From: Naegleria gruberi
Lineage: Eukaryota
DNA: 2,773 nt
Reading direction: 5' to 3' (one strand)
NCBI GenBank assembly: GCA_000004985.1
Contig: GG739246.1
A program made the position numbers and the translations under genes. Shown piece by piece: positions 1-2,773 of the stretch. The notes beneath the pieces are model-generated. The model worked only from the letters and a program-made list of their open reading frames with translations. It had not been told where the DNA came from and did no database searches. The first letter of the stretch is position 1. The number at the start of each line of letters is the position of its first letter.

Positions 1-358
1 TATTCCTTTTCAACTCCCAAAATAAGGAATATTGACAAGTCAATTGATTTTGAGTAACAATAGCAGGGACATTAATCATCTTGGGATTGGTAAGGAAAGA
101 AAACTTTTGATTTCCACTCCAGTCAAAGTCATCATGATAATGAACCTCAAAATAACCTCTAAAATGTCCCAATTCAAAGAAGTACGTCGGAATTACCTGT
201 GTATCTACATCATGAATACTATCCAAGTTATAAAACATGACATGTTTTTCAAAGCTTTCCCTCACCATCACCAACACCATTATCAATACCAACACTAAAC
301 ACCACCTATGGCTATCAAACAAGTGTGCATGCGTGCGTTCAATCTTTTGCATCTTCAT
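1..358 (-). CDS. 5' part of a gene running off the left edge (ATG at 358..356). Product begins MKMQKIERTHAHLFDSHRWCLVLVLIMVLVMVRESFEKHVMFYNLDSIHDVDTQVIPTYFFELGHFRGYFEVHYHDDFDWSGNQKFSFLTNPKMINVPAIVTQNQLTCQYSLFWELKRN... A signal-anchor or signal-peptide-like N-terminus; family not recognised
   Basis: Hand translation of the minus strand gives 119 stop-free codons from ATG down to position 1. An in-frame TAG lies about 20 codons upstream of the ATG. This ORF is missing from the supplied track only because it has no stop inside the window. A charged N-terminal segment followed by a 14-residue hydrophobic core resembles a type II membrane or secreted protein. The plus-strand ORF 32..298 is its antisense shadow. 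Confidence 0.55.
   Translation of the reverse strand, partial: MKMQKIERTHAHLFDSHRWCLVLVLIMVLVMVRESFEKHVMFYNLDSIHDVDTQVIPTYFFELGHFRGYFEVHYHDDFDWSGNQKFSFLTNPKMINVPAIVTQNQLTCQYSLFWELKRN
263..280. repeat. Three tandem hexamers CACCAT/CACCAA/CACCAT (minus strand ATGGTG TTGGTG ATGGTG) inside the coding region of the 1..358 gene. They encode the hydrophobic core MVLVMV
   Basis: Read directly from the sequence. It is a short imperfect tandem repeat and also produces the His/Gln-rich antisense ORF. Confidence 0.5.
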
Positions 359-412
359 CAAAACGAGAGAGAGGGAATGAAACAATGACGAGTCGTTATA
401 TTTTTTTTAAGG

Positions 413-419
413 CTAGAAA
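413..419 (-). promoter_or_regulatory. TTTCTAG motif about 55 nt upstream of the ATG at 358. It is a candidate 3' (trans-)splice acceptor for the downstream same-strand gene
   Basis: It resembles the TTTTCAG/TTTCTAG acceptor consensus. It lies in a ~220-bp spacer between two genes on the same strand, followed by a CT-rich tract (TTCCCTCTCTCTCG) just before the ATG. Confidence 0.15.
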
Positions 420-450
420 TTTTTACTCTGCCTTATAATGTGGAGATTTT

Positions 451-458
451 AGCGCGCT
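451..458. repeat. Perfect 8-bp GC palindrome AGCGCGCT in an AT-rich intergenic spacer
   Basis: Read directly from the sequence. It is the only GCGCGC in the window. Confidence 0.5.
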
Positions 459-477
459 GTAAAAAAGATTTAAGGGT

Positions 478-483
478 TCATTT
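478..483 (-). promoter_or_regulatory. Possible variant poly(A) signal AATGAA about 97 nt downstream of the kinase stop
   Basis: No exact AATAAA occurs between the stop at 580 and the next gene's start at 358. AATGAA is a commonly used variant hexamer in several metazoa. Position alone supports it. Confidence 0.15.
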
Positions 484-579
484 TGAAACAGTAAATGGTT
501 TACAATGAGTAGTTGATACCAAGTAGGGATGACTAGAAAGTATTTGTTAAAATATTCTCTCAATGGAATTTTGCAGCTA

Positions 580-1198
580 TTAAATACTTCTTGTTTCTAA
601 TAACTGTTCAGCAAGTTTTGAAAAGGAAGGCCTTTGATAGAAATCTTCACACCACGAACATTGTACCATGGAAAACAATGCATCAAGAACTGTTAAATGC
701 TTTTCAAAAGGATCTTCCTGCCTAATTATGCTTAATCTCTTTGCTTGATTCAAATCATCTTTAATGAAATATTCTCTAATCCACATTTTCATAATTTGAG
801 ATTGGGGATTAAGAGGCAATTTTGGAAGAGGTAGACGTAATCCTTCAGATATTAGTTTTGGAACTAGAAGGAGAGAATTCTGATTTGCAATGTGTGCAAA
901 TGTTTCACCTTCCTGTGTTGGCATGATTGTGGAATACTTTTGATTAGTTCCATAATTGTACTGGAATATACAATTCTCATCAAATATTAATTGCCACATT
1001 ATGATGGCAAAGCTATAGACATCTGACTTTTCATTATAATTTTTACCTAATAGAACTTCTGGAGCCATGTATAGCAAAGAACCAACTTGTCCTGTTTTGG
1101 TGGTTTTTGAATTATCGTTTGAAAGTTTGGACAATCCAAAATCACAAACTTTTGGTGTTAAATCATTAGAAAGTAAAATATTGCCTGGCTTTAAATCT
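580..1198 (-). CDS. Protein kinase catalytic domain, 3' exon (subdomains VIb-XI, stop TAA at 580-582). Ser/Thr or TKL-like: ...RDLKPGNILL...DFGLS...APE...DVYSFAIIMWQL...RPSF
   Basis: The 208-codon open frame carries DLKPGN (the R codon is split across the intron), DFG at 1135-1143, APE at 1057-1065, DVYSF, and RPSF near the C-terminus. An open frame this long is very unlikely by chance at 65% AT (roughly 7% stop codons per codon). All 13 Gln are CAA/CAG, so the standard code applies. A double stop TAATAG ends the frame. Confidence 0.85.
864..908 (-). other. Candidate in-frame 45-nt intron inside the kinase exon (GTGAAAC...TTCTCTCCTTCTAG); spliced and retained forms both keep the frame
   Basis: The sequence shows CAG GAA G|GTGAAAC, and 45 nt later AATTCTCTCCTTCTAG|TT. 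That is a good donor plus a pyrimidine tract with a TAG acceptor. The length is 3n and stop-free, so the ORF alone cannot decide. Splicing would remove GETFAHIANQNSLLL from an unusually long insert. Confidence 0.3.
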
Positions 1199-1233
1199 CT
1201 GATCATTAATAGAATTGTTTTGAATCAACTCAC
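1199..1233 (-). other. Spliceosomal intron, 35 nt, GTGAGTTGATTC...TTAATGATCAG on the minus strand
   Basis: The upstream exon ends ...GTA ATT ATA CAT AG followed by a textbook donor AG|GTGAGT. Left unspliced, the frame hits TGA at once. Removing 1199-1233 joins CAT AG|A GAT TTA AAG, which reads IIHRDLKPGNILL. That is the canonical kinase catalytic loop, so the intron is strongly supported by protein homology logic. Confidence 0.75.
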
Positions 1234-1394
1234 CTATGTATAATTACACAATTATCCTTTCCTCCATGTAAATACCTCATTCCATTAGCAATTCCAATAA
1301 GAATTGATATCTTTACTCTCAAATCAATATATTTCTTCTTTAGTTTACATTCATAAATTAATTTTTCCACACAACCTCCATGAAAAGACGGTAA
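1234..1394 (-). CDS. Protein kinase exon encoding alphaE / subdomain VIa up to the catalytic His: ...LPSFHGGCVEKLIYECKLKKKYIDLRVKISILIGIANGMRYLHGGKDNCVIIH. The true 5' boundary (acceptor) is unresolved
   Basis: This frame is shifted from exon 2 by the 35-nt intron. LIYECKLKKKYIDLRVKISILIGIANGMRYLH aligns with the LYxLLHxKKxxLxxxxRLxMAxDIAxGMxYLH pattern of TKL kinases. The frame is bounded upstream by an in-frame TAA at 1395-1397 and contains no ATG before the GM of GMRYLH. It therefore cannot be a first exon. Confidence 0.7.
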
Positions 1395-1617
1395 TTATAA
1401 TAGAAACGAAACCACAAACTGAACAGAAGGCAAGAATTATGAAAGGAACAATGAGAAGAGTGTTGAATCTGCAAGAATATGCATAATCTCCTTCAATAAT
1501 CTTATCCTCTCTCATTAAAATATACCAAGGTGGACATGAATTTACAGAAAATGGGACTGAAATACTAGCTGTAAAGCTCTCTGTTGTAAAAAAGGTAGTT
1601 TTGATTGTTAATGTCAA
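1351..1617 (-). CDS. Hypothetical ORF with a single strong TM-like helix (LLIVPFIILAFCSVCGFVSIIITVF) and a basic stop-transfer (SWRLCGK). It ends at a TGA overlapping the 5' end of kinase exon 1 in another frame. A first ATG at about 1517 would give a 62-aa product
   Basis: This is an 88-codon open frame that the track starts at a TTG. By my estimate, roughly one ORF of this length is expected by chance in a window of this size and composition. The minus strand is T-rich here, which inflates hydrophobic ORFs. It is reported as a possibility only. Confidence 0.2.
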   Translation of the reverse strand: MTLTIKTTFFTTESFTASISVPFSVNSCPPWYILMREDKIIEGDYAYSCRFNTLLIVPFIILAFCSVCGFVSIIITVFSWRLCGKINL

Positions 1618-1678
1618 TGTAGAACTAGGCTGGTTGAGTAATCAAGAAACTTTGATTCAACAATAATTACAGTAAGAA

Positions 1679-1740
1679 CTGAAAGAGATGATAAATATAA
1701 GGAGTGATATTCATCATTGGGAACTTTGTTGGAATATTAC
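1679..1740 (-). other. Candidate 62-nt intron GTAATATTCC...TCATCTCTTTCAG
   Basis: A GTAATA donor sits directly after a complete codon. The pyrimidine tract ending TCTCTTTCAG matches nematode-style TTTCAG acceptors. The downstream exon in phase 0 would read FLL then TAA. Confidence 0.3.
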
Positions 1741-2006
1741 CAATCTCATTTCCAAAAGTTCTTCCAACGAAGAAACATTTTTGAGTATGGTATGATGTAA
1801 TTCAGTTGGTAGTTGAGTAAAATTAAATTCCTCTCCACTATTGGCTTTCTCATTCACATCAATAGGAGGTAATACTGTTTGATTGGCTCCATAAAAATAA
1901 TTGAAATCAACGAGAGGCAAATGGTTCATGTGAAATAGTACCGTCCTTTCCAATTCTGCATCTCCTGAAGTGGCTATTTCAAACGAAGGAACTGTCCGAT
2001 CGGTCA
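1741..2006 (-). CDS. Candidate internal or terminal exon of an unresolved gene: ...TDRTVPSFEIATSGDAELERTVLFHMNHLPLVDFNYFYGANQTVLPPIDVNEKANSGEEFNFTQLPTELHHTILKNVSSLEELLEMRL
   Basis: It is preceded by an excellent acceptor, TTTTCTTCTATTTCTTGCCTATTTAACAG| at 2007/2008. It ends at a strong donor, TTG|GTAATA at 1740. Only this frame is open across the segment; the other two carry many stops. There is no ATG before FHMNH. I could not chain it to an upstream exon, and every downstream acceptor I tried leads into a stop within 13 codons or fewer. Confidence 0.35.
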
Positions 2007-2269
2007 CTGTTAAATAGGCAAGAAATAGAAGAAAATTCGAATATGGAATTTTCTATTTGTAAGGTACCACCCCAATAATATAGCACTCATATAACCTGCC
2101 TTAAATCTCGAATTTCTTATTACAATGTAAAACTGTTTCACAAGATTAAAATGTATCTTTGAACCAAGGTTTAGAATTGTGTTTTCACTAGTTGAAGAGT
2201 TAATTGTTTTAAGAAAGTCTAATTTTGATTGAGTTCCCACAGTTACATTGTCAAGCGTAAGTTTACCAC

Positions 2270-2761
2270 TTATTTCATTAACATAAATAATTCTTCAAAA
2301 ACACAATTCTGAATTTCAATTTGACCATCAAAATCCAGGTTCAACCGTAAATTCAAATTTGAAAATTTAAGAGGAACAATATCATAATATTTAACAAAGC
2401 CTACACAGGATTTTCTTGTTGTCAAGGAAGTAATGTGTAGGCTCTTAATGTTCCAATTATTATTAATAAAACCAACACACATCACATCGTCATCCATAAT
2501 ATTAAATTGTACTGCCAGATTAGATGTATTAGTACTATTCATCTTCATTAATAAATCAAGTGCATATTTAATTGTATTGCATGGTTTTTTAGCTGATGAA
2601 CATTTTTCATTATCCAAGCCCTTTCCACTTAAATATATTTCCCTTATTTCTTCCTGTAATGCTAAGGAGGAGGAAATTAATAGAATTATAGAAAGGATCA
2701 TCACCACAATCATCCTTACCATCGAATGGTGATGTATTGTGCTGTAGCATGAATTCCTCAT
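2270..2761 (-). CDS. Small protein (163 aa if unspliced), ATG at 2761 with TAA four codons upstream, stop TAA 2270-2272. Shows an apparent signal peptide, then a Cys/Asn-containing domain with NST/NTS glycosylation sequons (...KCSSAKKPCNTIKYALDLL...)
   Basis: The 163-codon ATG-initiated ORF has varied, protein-like composition, and the other frames are full of stops. Residues 15-36 (VRMIVVMILSIILLISSSLALQ) sit after a basic n-region and look like a cleavable signal peptide. I recognise no domain with confidence. Confidence 0.6.
   Translation of the reverse strand: MRNSCYSTIHHHSMVRMIVVMILSIILLISSSLALQEEIREIYLSGKGLDNEKCSSAKKPCNTIKYALDLLMKMNSTNTSNLAVQFNIMDDDVMCVGFINNNWNIKSLHITSLTTRKSCVGFVKYYDIVPLKFSNLNLRLNLDFDGQIEIQNCVFEELFMLMK
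2654..2719 (-). other. Candidate 66-nt in-frame intron (ATG|GTAAGG...CCTCCTCCTTAGCATTACAG|G). It coincides exactly with the hydrophobic signal-peptide-like segment of the 2270..2761 ORF
   Basis: The donor is GTAAGG, and a strongly pyrimidine-rich tract ends in TTACAG. Length is 3n with no stop. The same bases therefore either encode VRMIVVMILSIILLISSSLALQ or are removed. Sequence alone cannot decide. Confidence 0.3.
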
Positions 2762-2773
2762 CTCACAATTTTA

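Noticed and set aside
161-198. A 38-nt CAG|GTAATT...GGACATTTTAG| intron-like motif inside the 1..358 ORF
   Set aside because: Its length is 3n+2. Splicing would give D-T-Q-R-L-F followed by a stop. The unspliced reading stays open for 119 codons, so the motifs are judged coincidental.
32-298. Plus-strand 88-aa ORF (TTG start) ending in a His/Gln-rich tail HHHQHHYQYQH
   Set aside because: It is antisense to the better-supported minus-strand ORF 1..358. Coding strands usually leave an open antisense frame. It starts at TTG, and the low-complexity tail comes from the CACCAT hexamer repeat.
500-590. Possible 3' extension of the kinase through a GAA|GTATTT donor just before the stop, with a 55-nt intron ending AATACTTTCTAG
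   Set aside because: The continuation (IIPTWYQLLIVNHLLFQNEPLNLFYSALKSPHYKAE*) has no recognisable domain and ends within 35 codons. The natural TAA-TAG double stop is a simpler reading.
1304-1486. Plus-strand 60-aa ORF (TTG start)
   Set aside because: It is antisense to kinase exon 1 and the TM-like ORF. It is short and starts at TTG.
2010-2240. Minus-strand 76-aa ORF with a GTG start (MGTQSKLDFLKT...FFYFLPI)
   Set aside because: The GTG start is an artefact of bacterial-style ORF calling on eukaryotic DNA. The C-terminus is translated from the pyrimidine tract of the AACAG acceptor. About one ORF of this length is expected by chance here. The region is more likely 3'UTR or intergenic sequence downstream of the 2270 stop, and it contains AATGAA and AATAAG hexamers.
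2433-2732. Plus-strand 99-aa ORF MCRLLMFQLLL...
   Set aside because: It is antisense to the 2270..2761 minus-strand ORF. Its composition is Leu/Ile/Ser-rich and junk-like, and no splice or start context supports it.
580-2761. A single receptor-kinase gene: signal peptide plus ectodomain (2270..2761), then TM (about 1420-1500), then kinase (580..1394)
   Set aside because: The three parts are separated by in-frame stops in every frame. I found no chain of donors and acceptors that links them, and no kinase N-lobe exists between the TM and the C-lobe. At most this is a decayed remnant. It is kept as a low-confidence finding, not as a feature.
1-2773. Alternative ciliate-type genetic code (TAA/TAG read as Gln), which would rescue the two in-frame TAAs upstream of the kinase exon
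   Set aside because: All 13 Gln codons in the 208-codon kinase ORF are CAA or CAG. The long ORFs contain no in-frame TAA or TAG. A TGA still closes the kinase frame at 1512-1514. Non-coding sequence is not more AT-rich than coding sequence, unlike Tetrahymena or Paramecium.
1-2773. A prokaryotic reading of the window (operon, defence island, CRISPR, IS element)
   Set aside because: A kinase catalytic loop is rebuilt only by removing a GTGAGT...CAG intron. There are no Shine-Dalgarno-spaced starts. There are no direct-repeat arrays, inverted terminal repeats or target-site duplications. There are no integrase, transposase, Cas or tRNA signatures.

Overview
This window reads as AT-rich (~65% AT) eukaryotic nuclear DNA, not a prokaryotic locus. 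AT content is similar in coding and non-coding parts. All convincing coding signal is on the minus strand, with the gene-like units packed tightly head-to-tail.

The firmest call is the C-terminal catalytic lobe of a Ser/Thr (TKL-like) protein kinase in two exons, 1234..1394 and 580..1198. A 35-nt GTGAGT...CAG intron (1199..1233) separates them. Splicing it rebuilds the canonical catalytic-loop motif IIH|RDLKPGNILL, followed by DFG, APE, DVYSF and a C-terminal RPSF.

The kinase N-lobe (Gly-rich loop, VAIK lysine) is not encoded anywhere in the window. The kinase frame is closed by TAA at 1395-1397. The locus is therefore either a truncated kinase or pseudogene, or its 5' exons lie outside the window.

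Upstream at 2761..2270 a 163-codon ATG ORF encodes a small Cys-containing, apparently secreted protein. Its hydrophobic signal-peptide-like stretch coincides exactly with a stop-free 66-nt candidate intron (GTAAGG...TTACAG), so its N-terminus is ambiguous. Downstream at 358..1, running off the window edge, is the start of a third minus-strand gene with an N-terminal signal-anchor-like segment.

Several short candidate introns (35-66 nt) with pyrimidine-rich acceptors suggest a compact genome with nematode-like splice signals. The code is standard: every Gln in the long ORFs is CAA or CAG. I see no rRNA or tRNA, no CRISPR array, no transposon termini, and nothing resembling a prokaryotic defence or mobile system. 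The plus-strand ORFs in the supplied track look like antisense artefacts with alternative start codons.
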